DNA of 64,000 nt, from positions 215,863 through 279,862 of the forward strand of contig CAZAOT010000001.1 of assembly GCA_964487045.1 (NCBI GenBank), written 5' to 3'. This document shows, piece after piece, positions 43,944 through 53,210 of the stretch. This DNA is from an uncultured Candidatus Saccharibacteria bacterium. Its GTDB lineage: Bacteria; Patescibacteriota; UBA1384; DTJR01. The notes under the pieces were generated by a model. The model worked only from the letters and a program-made list of their open reading frames with translations. It was not told the DNA's origin and ran no database searches. Within the stretch, counting starts at the first letter, position 1; the number at the start of each line of letters is the position of its first letter. Position numbers and translations under genes: made by a program.

Positions 43944-45782
43944 ATGGACGAGATTTTATATTTAGAACCAGATGAGGAAATAACTTCCGTAGTCGATAAG
44001 CTTAAGGGGCTCGAGGGGGACTCGGTTGGCTTAGTGGCGCCGAAGGGTTCTTCGATCGTCCAATCTTTAGTTAGTTTGAAATTACTTCAAAAACAAGCCG
44101 AGTCGCTCGGTAAGGAAATTGCCATTGTTACTTCTGATGAAGTAGGCCAGAATTTGGCCGGACGAATTAACCTGCCGGTATATGCCGACGTAAGAAGTCG
44201 TAAGCCGATTGAGCCAAAAGAGCAGAAAGAACCAGAAGAAACGGGTCCAATCGAAATTACAGACGAACCAGCTACGGCAACCGCAGCCGAGATAGCTCGC
44301 GAAAAAGTTGAAACTCCAAAAGAAAGACCAGAAAAAGAACTTCCAGAGGAATATAAAGATTTACCGAAAAATTTTGAAATTAGTCGTTATGATCAAGCTA
44401 AAGATACTGAAGCACCCGAAGAGGTTGCGCCTGTGGCCGCCGAGGATGATGATCCTAAGGAGAGCGAGCAAGAAGTAGAAACTAGCGAGGAAGACAATAT
44501 GCCAAGTGAGCGCTCGGAAGAAAAATCAAATACTAATTTTGTAAACAGACCTCTTCGTGAGAGAGCCGAAGACAATAGGGCTGATCTTGAGAGTGCTAGA
44601 CCAATGATCCATGAGAAAAGGCAGGTCCCAAGTGTTAGTAAGAAAAAATCTCCAAAGAAAGCAATTATCGCAACTGTCATAACTATCTTGGTTTTGGGCG
44701 GACTTTTGTTCGCTGATCTAGCCTTGGCCAAGCTTGATATTAACTTGACGATTCCGGCTGAAGAAATTTCCAAAGATGTAATGATTTCAGTGGAGAAGGA
44801 TCATCCAGCACTCGACTTAGAAAATGGGATTATTGGGGGAACTCAAGTAGATAAAGACGTTTTGAGCGAAGGAAATTATAATTCAACAGGTGAAAAAGAA
44901 ACTGGAGATAAAGCCAAGGGTACTCTTGTCGCAAAGAACGATGCGGGAGTAGATGAGGCAATTGCCGGTGGCACTACTGTAAGGAGTTCTGGCGGAGTTG
45001 AGTTTACTACTGATAAGGACGTTGTCGTGCCAAAAGCGAGCCTAAACTCTAATGGCGATAAAGTTCTAGGACAAGCGAGTTTGGCTGTAACTGCTAAAGA
45101 GGCGGGGGCAAAAGGAAACCTGCCTTCATCAACTTCCTATGTGATTTCTTCTAAGACAAAAATTTCGATTTCGGGAGAAACTACTGGCGGAACGACCAAG
45201 AAAATTAAAATTGTAGCAAAGGCGGATGTTGATGCAGCTAAGAAAGATCTTCAGGAAAAGGCAATTACAAAATTCAAGGAAGAGTTGAAGACTGATAAAA
45301 AAACCTTGTTCTTAGATGATGCAGTCAAGGCTGACCTTAGTGAATTTACGACAAGCAAAAATATTAGTGATGAAGCCGAAAGTTTCAAAGCAAATGCAAA
45401 AGTGAAGATTTCGACTATTACATTTTTGACTGATGACTTTAATCAGGCTGTACAGAAAACCGCCGAAAAGGGGTTGCCGGAAGGTAAGAGTTTGCTTGTT
45501 ACCGAATCTGACTCTGTCACCCCGGCTTTAGAAGAAAATCAGATAAATGTCGGCAAGCTTAAGGTAAAGGGTGAGCTTAGAAGTCATATCGGCCCTAAGA
45601 TCGATCTTGACCAAATTGTCGCTTCCTTCAGACTTAAACCAATCAAAAATATCAAAGCCGAACTTCAGAAGATAGAGGGGGCGACTGTTAATGACGTCAA
45701 GATTTCACCAAGCTTTGCCCTTCCAATTGGACCATTATTCAAGAGCAGCACTCGCCTAAAAATTGAATATACCAAGAAGTAA
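43944..45782 (+). CDS. bitopic hypothetical membrane protein: ~225-aa cytoplasmic Glu/Lys-rich N-domain, one TM helix, ~360-aa extracellular domain
   Basis: Translationally coupled to ftsA (TAAATG). No family was recognised. Confidence 0.5.
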   Translation: MDEILYLEPDEEITSVVDKLKGLEGDSVGLVAPKGSSIVQSLVSLKLLQKQAESLGKEIAIVTSDEVGQNLAGRINLPVYADVRSRKPIEPKEQKEPEETGPIEITDEPATATAAEIAREKVETPKERPEKELPEEYKDLPKNFEISRYDQAKDTEAPEEVAPVAAEDDDPKESEQEVETSEEDNMPSERSEEKSNTNFVNRPLRERAEDNRADLESARPMIHEKRQVPSVSKKKSPKKAIIATVITILVLGGLLFADLALAKLDINLTIPAEEISKDVMISVEKDHPALDLENGIIGGTQVDKDVLSEGNYNSTGEKETGDKAKGTLVAKNDAGVDEAIAGGTTVRSSGGVEFTTDKDVVVPKASLNSNGDKVLGQASLAVTAKEAGAKGNLPSSTSYVISSKTKISISGETTGGTTKKIKIVAKADVDAAKKDLQEKAITKFKEELKTDKKTLFLDDAVKADLSEFTTSKNISDEAESFKANAKVKISTITFLTDDFNQAVQKTAEKGLPEGKSLLVTESDSVTPALEENQINVGKLKVKGELRSHIGPKIDLDQIVASFRLKPIKNIKAELQKIEGATVNDVKISPSFALPIGPLFKSSTRLKIEYTKK

Positions 45783-45831
45783 AAAAGATCTCTCAATTTA
45801 CTATTTACAATAACGAGTTATAATCTTAGCT

Positions 45832-46203
45832 ATGAAGAATGAAATCTTACTTGGAATAGATTTTGGAACTAAGAGAGTGGGGGTGGCTATTTCTCATGGA
45901 TTTATGGCCGAAGGGATAGCGACTCTTGGTTTTTCGAATAAGGAAAGTTTTTATAGTGATTTAAAAAAAATAATTGTAGAGCAAAAAATCGAAAAAATAA
46001 TTGTTGGTTTGCCGATGGGTGTTGATGGTGATACGCATCAAACTTTGTGGACTAGGGAAAGAGGCGAGGAGCTCGGTGAAGAAACTGGCCTACCGGTTAT
46101 TTTTGTTGACGAATCATACTCTTCTGTAGAGGCCGACAAGTATAATTCTGATCGTGATAGCGAATCAGCCAGAATAATATTGGAGCAATACTTGGCCCGT
46201 TAG
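45832..46203 (+). CDS. ruvX: putative Holliday junction resolvase / pre-16S rRNA nuclease RuvX (YqgF)
   Basis: Sequence LGIDFGTKRVGVAIS. The stop codon lies inside the inverted-repeat arm gcccgttagagaca. Confidence 0.75.
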   Translation: MKNEILLGIDFGTKRVGVAISHGFMAEGIATLGFSNKESFYSDLKKIIVEQKIEKIIVGLPMGVDGDTHQTLWTRERGEELGEETGLPVIFVDESYSSVEADKYNSDRDSESARIILEQYLAR

Positions 46204-46211
46204 AGACAACC

Positions 46212-46472
46212 ATGTATTATACTTATGTATTGCGAAGTAGCAAAGATAAGCATCTCTATACAGGTTGCACAAAAGATTTACGGAAGCGCTTAGATCAGCA
46301 TGTTAGAGGGCGGGTTTATCCAACTCAAGCTAGGGGACCATTTGAAGTGATATACTATGAAGCGTGTTTGGATAAGCAAGACGCTTTTGCAAGAGAAAAA
46401 TATTTAAAAACAGGGTACGGGAAACGTTATCTGAAAAACAGGCTTAAGCGCTTCCTGTCTCTAACGGGTTAA
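46212..46472 (+). CDS. GIY-YIG nuclease-domain protein (UPF0213/YhbQ-like), flanked by 14-bp inverted repeats
   Basis: GIY-YIG pattern YYTYVLRS...LYTGCT...R...H. The inverted repeats lie at 46195-46208 and 46456-46469. Confidence 0.75.
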   Translation: MYYTYVLRSSKDKHLYTGCTKDLRKRLDQHVRGRVYPTQARGPFEVIYYEACLDKQDAFAREKYLKTGYGKRYLKNRLKRFLSLTG

Positions 46473-46478
46473 ACAATC

Positions 46479-47531
46479 ATGAAAGCTGAAGTAACAAGGT
46501 ATGACGAAAAGCGTCAATCAGATAAAGATTTAGTCGTCAAAACAAAGAAAGAAAAAAAGAAATCAATTTTTGATAACAGGCTACTTATCACAAGTGGAGT
46601 AGTGATTTTGCTAATATTTTTCGCCTCGGTCAGTTATGTTAGTTTTCTCGGCAGACCGGTATCTAATAACCGCGAAGATTTTACCTATTTTGAAATTAAA
46701 AAAGGCGAGGGAAAGAGACAGGTCGCAGATAGCCTTAAAAAGCAGGGGCTTATTCGATCGTCATTATCATTTTCAATAAACGCGTATTTATCCAAGGAAG
46801 GCCTGCAAGCCGGACATTATAAAATCTCGTCTTCGATGAAACAGGAAGATATTTTGAAAAAATTTGCTACTGGTGATGTCGACGCATACACAATTACTAT
46901 TCCCGAAGGTTATCGCGTTTTGCAAATTGCCAAGAAGCTTTCGGAAGTTGGCGAGGTTGATGCAAATAAATTTTTAAATTCAGCTGGTGGTACTGAAGGG
47001 ACATTATTTCCCGATACATATGTCATCCCTTACGGACTTGAGGAGTCAAAAATTATTAAGATGTTTAAAGACAACTATGAGAAAAGAACTCAAGGGCTGA
47101 GGGTGACCGAGGAGCAGTTAGTTCTAGCTTCGATTGTTGAGCGAGAAGCGATCAAGGATGATGAAAGGGCAAAAATTGCTGCAGTTTATAAAAATAGAAC
47201 TGATCGAAATATGCTGCTTCAGGCAGATCCGACTATTCGCTACGGGATTGATACACAAACTTACTTAAAGCAGAAAAACCTTAATTTTGAATTTTGGCAG
47301 CCACTGACTAAGGCCGATATTAATAATTTAAATAGCCCATTTAATACTTACAAGCAAAAGGGTCTTCCGCCGGCGCCAATCTGCAATCCGGGGATGAAGA
47401 GTATTCAAGCGGCGCAAAGCCCAGAGCCAAGTTTTGATTATCTATTTTTCTTCCACGACAAAAATCAGGTTATACATTTTACTAAAACGTACGAAGAGCA
47501 CTTGAAGGCGATACAGCAGTTTGGGGTGTAG
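46479..47531 (+). CDS. mltG: endolytic murein transglycosylase MltG (YceG-like)
   Basis: N-terminal TM helix plus a YceG domain. Confidence 0.75.
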   Translation: MKAEVTRYDEKRQSDKDLVVKTKKEKKKSIFDNRLLITSGVVILLIFFASVSYVSFLGRPVSNNREDFTYFEIKKGEGKRQVADSLKKQGLIRSSLSFSINAYLSKEGLQAGHYKISSSMKQEDILKKFATGDVDAYTITIPEGYRVLQIAKKLSEVGEVDANKFLNSAGGTEGTLFPDTYVIPYGLEESKIIKMFKDNYEKRTQGLRVTEEQLVLASIVEREAIKDDERAKIAAVYKNRTDRNMLLQADPTIRYGIDTQTYLKQKNLNFEFWQPLTKADINNLNSPFNTYKQKGLPPAPICNPGMKSIQAAQSPEPSFDYLFFFHDKNQVIHFTKTYEEHLKAIQQFGV

Positions 47532-47796
47532 GGCTAAGACGATGATATGAATTTCTCAAGGACGTAGTTCATACAATTCATTTGCGAGCTCCACTCTCGC
47601 AAACCTCCAGCGAGCGATACTACTCATTCTCGGCTTTTTGTCGCTTCGCGAACCGAGCCAAAAAGCCTGCGAAACGCCTTTCGAAATTATATTCATCGTC
47701 ATTCAAGGAGGAGGAAGGAAAGTTTGACTTATCGCTTGTGATTGATAAAATCAGCTCTGTAGCTCGGAGGGCTGATTTTTAAATTAAAGGACGGGT

Positions 47797-48837
47797 ATGT
47801 TCGATAGATTGTTTGGTTTATTTTCAGATGATATTGGTATAGACCTAGGTACGGCCAATAGTTTGGTTTATGTTAAAAACCGGGGAATTGTAATCAACGA
47901 GCCGTCGGTTGTAGCGATTAACCAACGAACCAAACAGGTTCTGGCGATTGGTGAGGATGCCAAGCGAATGGTTGGCAGAACTCCTTCCTATATAGTGGCT
48001 AGTAGACCGCTTCAAGATGGAGTGATTTCCGATTTTGAAATTACTGAGCAGATGCTCAAATATTTTATTGCCAAAAGTATCGAGCGAAAATTTAGCATTA
48101 GTCCGAAGCCTCGAGTTGTAGTCGGTGTGCCTTATGGGGTAACTGAAGTTGAGCGACGAGCTGTTGAGGAAGCAGCGATATCGGCGGGAGCCAGAGAGGT
48201 TTACCTTATAGAAGAGCCACTTGCTGCTGCGATTGGTGCGAGGCTTCCAGTACAGGAATCAACAGGATCGATGATTGTCGATATTGGCGGTGGCACGACT
48301 GAGGTCGCAGTTATCTCGCTTGGCGGAATTGTCACTAGCCGTTCGCTTAGAGTTGCCGGAGATGAGATGAATGATGATATTGTTGATTTCGCTAGAGATA
48401 ATTTTAATCTTTCGCTTGGGCTAAGAACTGCTGAAGAATTAAAGGTGGCGATTGGTTCGGCGGTTGAGCTTGGCGAAGATTTAACTGCACCGATGCGCGG
48501 TCGTGATTTGGTCACAGGACTTCCTAAGGAAATTATTATAAATGATGAAGTTATCAGAAAGGCTATCTCAAAATCAGTCAGAGCAATTGTTCAAAGTGTA
48601 AAAGCAACTATTGAAGAAGCTCCCCCTGAGTTGGTCGGAGATATTTTCGAGCGAGGAATAGTTCTCTCTGGCGGCGGCGCACTTCTTCGCGGATTAGATC
48701 GACTGATTGCCCAGGAAACGCAAACTACAGTTCATATTGCCGACGACCCATTAACTGCGGTCGTTAGAGGTACTGGCGTTGTAATTGAGGATTTGGAAAA
48801 CCTTCGTCCGGTTCTTCTTTCGAGCGCTTTGGATTAA
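47797..48837 (+). CDS. mreB: rod-shape-determining protein MreB
   Basis: Sequence IGIDLGTANSLVYV...DIGGGTTEVAV. Confidence 0.9.
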   Translation: MFDRLFGLFSDDIGIDLGTANSLVYVKNRGIVINEPSVVAINQRTKQVLAIGEDAKRMVGRTPSYIVASRPLQDGVISDFEITEQMLKYFIAKSIERKFSISPKPRVVVGVPYGVTEVERRAVEEAAISAGAREVYLIEEPLAAAIGARLPVQESTGSMIVDIGGGTTEVAVISLGGIVTSRSLRVAGDEMNDDIVDFARDNFNLSLGLRTAEELKVAIGSAVELGEDLTAPMRGRDLVTGLPKEIIINDEVIRKAISKSVRAIVQSVKATIEEAPPELVGDIFERGIVLSGGGALLRGLDRLIAQETQTTVHIADDPLTAVVRGTGVVIEDLENLRPVLLSSALD

Positions 48838-49617
48838 ATGAAGAAAATAGTATATTTCTATCTTATTAGTGCGATTGTTTTATTAATTGTGCTATATCGC
48901 ATTTGGCCTCTCCCATTTCAAACATTTTCGAAAGCAGTTCTTTTGCCTTCGGCAAATGCTTTCGCCCAAGCTGGAAAGAAGGTTTACTCGCCAGTGAATT
49001 TAATTTTAAATCTTAATTCTCTAAATGAAACAAATAAAAGACTCGAGGAAGAGAATTTAAAATTAAGCGCTGAGCTTTCAAAGCTAAAAAGTGATTCTTA
49101 TGATGCAAAGCAACTTCTTGGGGAGATAACAAAGAGTAAGGCAGCCGGTAATATATTGATCGCTAAAGTAATCTCTAGAACTCCGGGGGGATTCAATCAA
49201 AAAATTATTATTAATAAGGGTGAGAGAGATGGTGTGGTTAAAGGTCAAACCGTTTTATCAAGTGGCTATTTTATTGGATTAGTAAGCCAAGTAGACAAGT
49301 CTCAGTCGGAGGTTGAGTTGATTTTTTCACATTCCCTTAGGGTACCGGTTAAGATGGAGAAGAATAGCGATGGCGGACTTTTGCAGGGCGGACTTGAAGG
49401 ACTGGTAGTGACGGATATTCCCATAAATTCCAAGATAGAATCATCTGATAATATTATCACTAGCGGGCTTGGTGGACAGATTCCTACTGGCCTTCTAGTC
49501 GGTCAGATTGGTCTTCACCTTGGTGTAGAGGGCGAGCTTTTTCAAAAAGTTAGAGTGACTTCACCGATCAATCCTTCGGCTATTGAATTTGTGAGCGTTT
49601 TGCAAAATGAATTATAA
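48838..49617 (+). CDS. mreC: rod-shape-determining protein MreC
   Basis: N-terminal TM helix, a coiled coil, and the position after mreB. Confidence 0.7.
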   Translation: MKKIVYFYLISAIVLLIVLYRIWPLPFQTFSKAVLLPSANAFAQAGKKVYSPVNLILNLNSLNETNKRLEEENLKLSAELSKLKSDSYDAKQLLGEITKSKAAGNILIAKVISRTPGGFNQKIIINKGERDGVVKGQTVLSSGYFIGLVSQVDKSQSEVELIFSHSLRVPVKMEKNSDGGLLQGGLEGLVVTDIPINSKIESSDNIITSGLGGQIPTGLLVGQIGLHLGVEGELFQKVRVTSPINPSAIEFVSVLQNEL

Positions 49618-50068
49618 AATATTATTACTCTCAGCCGGAGCTCTTCTAGCTGATTTAGTTTTGGGGATTTACATAAGAGGCGTTGCTCCCGCGATACTGG
49701 TCATCCTAGTTTTTTATCTAGCTTTAAAATTAGAGTATTGGGAAGTAATTCCGATTGCTCTTTTATGCGGATTTTTGTTTGATATCTCGCTTCTCGACGC
49801 GAGTATTTTCAACAGCATTTTTTTACTTGTAATCGCTTTGGCAGTAAAGTTTACTAGCTATAAGTTTATTGATTTCTCACTTCCTTCAATTCAAGTGATT
49901 TCGGTAATATTCTTGCTTTGCGCGAAAATGATAATATTTTATCTTTTATACGATCGTTCACTAAATTCAATTTTTGTTTTTCAAAGTTTGATATCGATTA
50001 CAATTATAGCTTTAGCGATCATTCTATATTTAACGTGGGTTAGGTTTTATGTCAGAGAAAAGAAATAA
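49607..50068 (+). CDS. mreD: rod-shape-determining protein MreD
   Basis: Small polytopic membrane protein positioned after mreC. Confidence 0.6.
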   Translation: MNYKILLLSAGALLADLVLGIYIRGVAPAILVILVFYLALKLEYWEVIPIALLCGFLFDISLLDASIFNSIFLLVIALAVKFTSYKFIDFSLPSIQVISVIFLLCAKMIIFYLLYDRSLNSIFVFQSLISITIIALAIILYLTWVRFYVREKK

Positions 50069-51920
50069 ATTTTATCCTCAAAAGCCAGTTGGCCAGGTGA
50101 GCGATCAGTTGGGTGAGCGAGAATTTTTTGATGAAGAGGCAGATATTTCCAAGAAAACGCCACGGCATCTAATTTGGCCATATTTGGTCGTAACGTTCAT
50201 TTTCTTTTTCCTTGCAACAAGATTATTCCAACTTCAAGTGAAAGAAGGTTTTGCTAATCTTGCCTTAGCAGAGGGTAACCGAATCAAAGAAATTCCTATT
50301 GCTGGAGCAAGAGGGCAAGTAATTGATAGTAAGGGACAAGTGTTAGCCACGAACTCTGCAAGTTACGATCTCATAACTAGAATTACGAAGGTGAAAGATC
50401 TTGAAAAAGTTGATCCTACTATTTTTGAAATAACTGGTCTTAGCAAGGATGCTATCAGTGAGCTGGTTAAAAAACATTCTACAATAAGTGGCTATACGAT
50501 CTTAAAAGAAAATCTGCCTCGTGATGAAGCACTTCTGATGAAATCACGCTTACCAGTATATGGCGAATTTGATATTACGCCGACATTTATTCGTGAATAT
50601 ACTGATCCAAGCTTGTCTCATATTTTGGGATATGTGGGAAAGGTAAATGATGATGAGCAGAAAAATAAACCAATCGCGGCAATAAATGGATCATCGGGAA
50701 AAGCCGGAATCGAAAAAGTTTATGATGATTATCTTCAGGGTGTGCCAGGAACGCATAAGGCAGAAGTAAATGTATCAAACCAACTTGTAAGATTTTTATC
50801 TAGCGATGATCCTCAGATTGGGCGAAGCGTGAAACTGACAATCAATGATGACTTGCAGAAGTTTGCCTTTGAAAAATTAAAAGCTAAGACCGATGAGCTT
50901 AAGACTCAGGGAGCTCTTGTCGCGATGAATCCGCAAAATGGCTCAATTTTAGCGCTAGTCAGTCTTCCGCTATACGATAATAAAAAGCTTTCGACAGGTA
51001 TATCGCAAAAGGAGCTTGATGATATTTTTAATAATCCTTCAAAACCATTTCTAAATAGAGTTATTTCGGGAGTATATCCATCTGGATCGTCAATTAAGCC
51101 TTTTATCGCAACGGCAGCACTCGAGGAAGGCGTGGTTAATGAAGATACTTCGTTTGAGACCCCTCCGTTTATCGAGGTGGGACAATGGAAGTTTCCGGAC
51201 TGGAAAGATCATGGTGTCACTGATATTAAGCGAGCAATTGCTGAGTCAAATAATATCTTCTTTTACTCAATTGGTGGCGGATGGGGACCAGTTAAAAAAG
51301 GTCTTGGACCAGACAGAATCAAAAAAGGACTCGAAAAATTTGGTTTTGGGGCGCTAAGTGGAATTGATTTACCTAGTGAGCAAAAAGGATTTTTGCCAAC
51401 ACCTGAGTGGAAAAAGAGAACTACCGGAGAATCCTGGTATATAGGCAACACTTACAATATGTCTATCGGTCAGGGTGACCTACTTGTCACCCCTCTTCAG
51501 ATTGCCGGCGCAACCAGTGTGGTTGCAAATGGTGGAAAACAATTTAGGCCATATCTAGTATCTGAAATCTTAGATGCAGATAAAAAAGTAGATGCAGCAA
51601 ATGTTGGTGAAAAACTAATCGCTAAAGATACAATGTCTGGTAACAACCTAAGAATAGTTCGCGACGGAATGCGTCAAACTGTTACGAGTGGTTCGGCAAG
51701 GTCTGTTTTTGGTGAAAATTTTCCAACACAGGTGTCTGCTAAAACTGGTACAGCGCAATTTGGTACAGAGGACAAGACCCATGGGTGGTTCACTTCTTTC
51801 GCCCCATCTGACAACCCCCAGATAGTTGTGACCGTCATTATCGAGGCGGGGGGAGAGGGCTATGAATCGGCTGCTCCAGTAGCCAAAGATGTGCTAGAGT
51901 GGTGGGCGAATAATAAATAG
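50049..51920 (+). CDS. mrdA: penicillin-binding protein 2 (peptidoglycan D,D-transpeptidase)
   Basis: Transpeptidase motifs SGSSIKP, SNN and KTGTA. Confidence 0.85.
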   Translation: MSEKRNKFYPQKPVGQVSDQLGEREFFDEEADISKKTPRHLIWPYLVVTFIFFFLATRLFQLQVKEGFANLALAEGNRIKEIPIAGARGQVIDSKGQVLATNSASYDLITRITKVKDLEKVDPTIFEITGLSKDAISELVKKHSTISGYTILKENLPRDEALLMKSRLPVYGEFDITPTFIREYTDPSLSHILGYVGKVNDDEQKNKPIAAINGSSGKAGIEKVYDDYLQGVPGTHKAEVNVSNQLVRFLSSDDPQIGRSVKLTINDDLQKFAFEKLKAKTDELKTQGALVAMNPQNGSILALVSLPLYDNKKLSTGISQKELDDIFNNPSKPFLNRVISGVYPSGSSIKPFIATAALEEGVVNEDTSFETPPFIEVGQWKFPDWKDHGVTDIKRAIAESNNIFFYSIGGGWGPVKKGLGPDRIKKGLEKFGFGALSGIDLPSEQKGFLPTPEWKKRTTGESWYIGNTYNMSIGQGDLLVTPLQIAGATSVVANGGKQFRPYLVSEILDADKKVDAANVGEKLIAKDTMSGNNLRIVRDGMRQTVTSGSARSVFGENFPTQVSAKTGTAQFGTEDKTHGWFTSFAPSDNPQIVVTVIIEAGGEGYESAAPVAKDVLEWWANNK

Positions 51921-52026
51921 AATAATTTTACGAAAAAGTATTGATTTATATGTCAAAAGAGTGCTATAATTAGCCAAGTTGCCACTCGCCTCGTGCGAGT
52001 GGCCATTAATCTTAACGGGAGTAAAT

Positions 52027-52488
52027 ATGGCTGAAAAAGTAATAAAATTGACCAAATCAGGAGTAGAAAAACTGAAGGCCGAGCTTGATGATTTAAAAAA
52101 GGTTAAAAGACCGGCTGTTATCGATCGTATCAAGAGATCTAAGGACTATGGCGATCTATCAGAAAATGCTGAATACGAAGATGCTAGAAACGAGCAGTCC
52201 TTTATTGAGGGTAGAATTCAGGAGATCGAACACATGCTCAAGTATTCTGAAGTGATTGAAAGCAAAAAGGGTGGTGAAATTGGTATGGGTTCGGTCGTAA
52301 AGGTAGAGATGGATGGCGACAAAATGGAATATGAGATTGTCGGATCAACCGAAGCCGATCCTATTGCTGGAAAAATCTCGTCCGATTCCCCAATCGGTTC
52401 TGCCTTGAGTGGCTCAAAGGCCGGCGAAAAAGTTACTGCTAAGACACCAGGTGGAGAGATCGAAATCAAGATCATTTCCGTAGCGTAA
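52027..52488 (+). CDS. greA: transcription elongation factor GreA
   Basis: MAEKVIKLTKSGVEKLKAELDDLKK coiled coil plus the C-terminal FKBP-like domain. The terminator aaaaaagacccgcgagggtctttttt lies at 52511-52536. Confidence 0.85.
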   Translation: MAEKVIKLTKSGVEKLKAELDDLKKVKRPAVIDRIKRSKDYGDLSENAEYEDARNEQSFIEGRIQEIEHMLKYSEVIESKKGGEIGMGSVVKVEMDGDKMEYEIVGSTEADPIAGKISSDSPIGSALSGSKAGEKVTAKTPGGEIEIKIISVA

Positions 52489-52554
52489 TTTAGATTAAAA
52501 AGATTCTAAGAAAAAAGACCCGCGAGGGTCTTTTTTCGTTTTGGGAGCTAAAGA

Positions 52555-52819
52555 TCGTATGTAATGTTAACAACCCAGGGGACACTTTCGGTGCGTCCCC
52601 TAGGTTTTTAACGATTTCCTCACCCTCCTAACGCCCTTTGTGTAGCTCTTTTTGTTGAACCTTCTGGAATTCATCCTCGAACAAGTTTGTCGAGGTAATC
52701 AGTTCCAGCTTTCAACATCAAAGAGCATCTATTTTTTAAAGTCTCGAAGCCCGCTTCTTCGACTATAAATCGACTTTTGATACGGGAGTATTGACATTTA
52801 CCGGGGAATGTGGTAATAT
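52555..52819 (+). repeat. copy 2 of the recurrent structured element, with a TTGACA-17-TAATAT promoter at its 3' end
   Basis: About 85% identical to the reverse complement of 37131-37400. It sits directly upstream of cassette K. Confidence 0.7.
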
Positions 52820-52829
52820 ACGCAAGCTC

Positions 52830-53210
52830 ATGTATTTGAGCACATCCGACGTATACGGAGGCAAGCCCATGGGATGGGAACACGGAACGTTCGGTCGTGG
52901 GGCGTACGACGCGTTTCTCGCTGACTTGAGAAACGATAAGTACAACGACTTCACCATCGTGAAGCTCGACAATCCCAACCAGCCTGAGTACAAGCGACTC
53001 TGCCGCGGACGCGACCTCGACTGCAAGAGGTCTCTCCCGCTGCGCATGGCTCGCTTCAATTACGCAGGCCGCCGCGACAACTGGTACGTCGTGGAGGAAG
53101 TTCTCGCGGTTGATGACAGGGATTGCGATGGCGCGTCCATCGTATCTCTGATTGTCTACCCCGAAGGCTGCCGCCCTGCAGTCAGCCCACCACTGATGCT
53201 GGAGGCCTGA
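52830..53210 (+). CDS. GC-rich cassette K: ~126-aa hypothetical protein, probably translated from a near-leaderless mRNA
   Basis: The ATG lies about 10 nt after the -10 box. A terminator (ggacc...ggtcc + TTTTT) lies at about 53365-53400. Confidence 0.45.
   Translation: MYLSTSDVYGGKPMGWEHGTFGRGAYDAFLADLRNDKYNDFTIVKLDNPNQPEYKRLCRGRDLDCKRSLPLRMARFNYAGRRDNWYVVEEVLAVDDRDCDGASIVSLIVYPEGCRPAVSPPLMLEA

Noticed and set aside
28300-53210. Diversity-generating retroelement or integron cassette array as an explanation for the repeats and cassettes
   Set aside because: There is no reverse transcriptase or integron integrase gene in the window. The cassettes have their own promoters, and the repeats are not attC-like or TR/VR pairs adjacent to a target gene.
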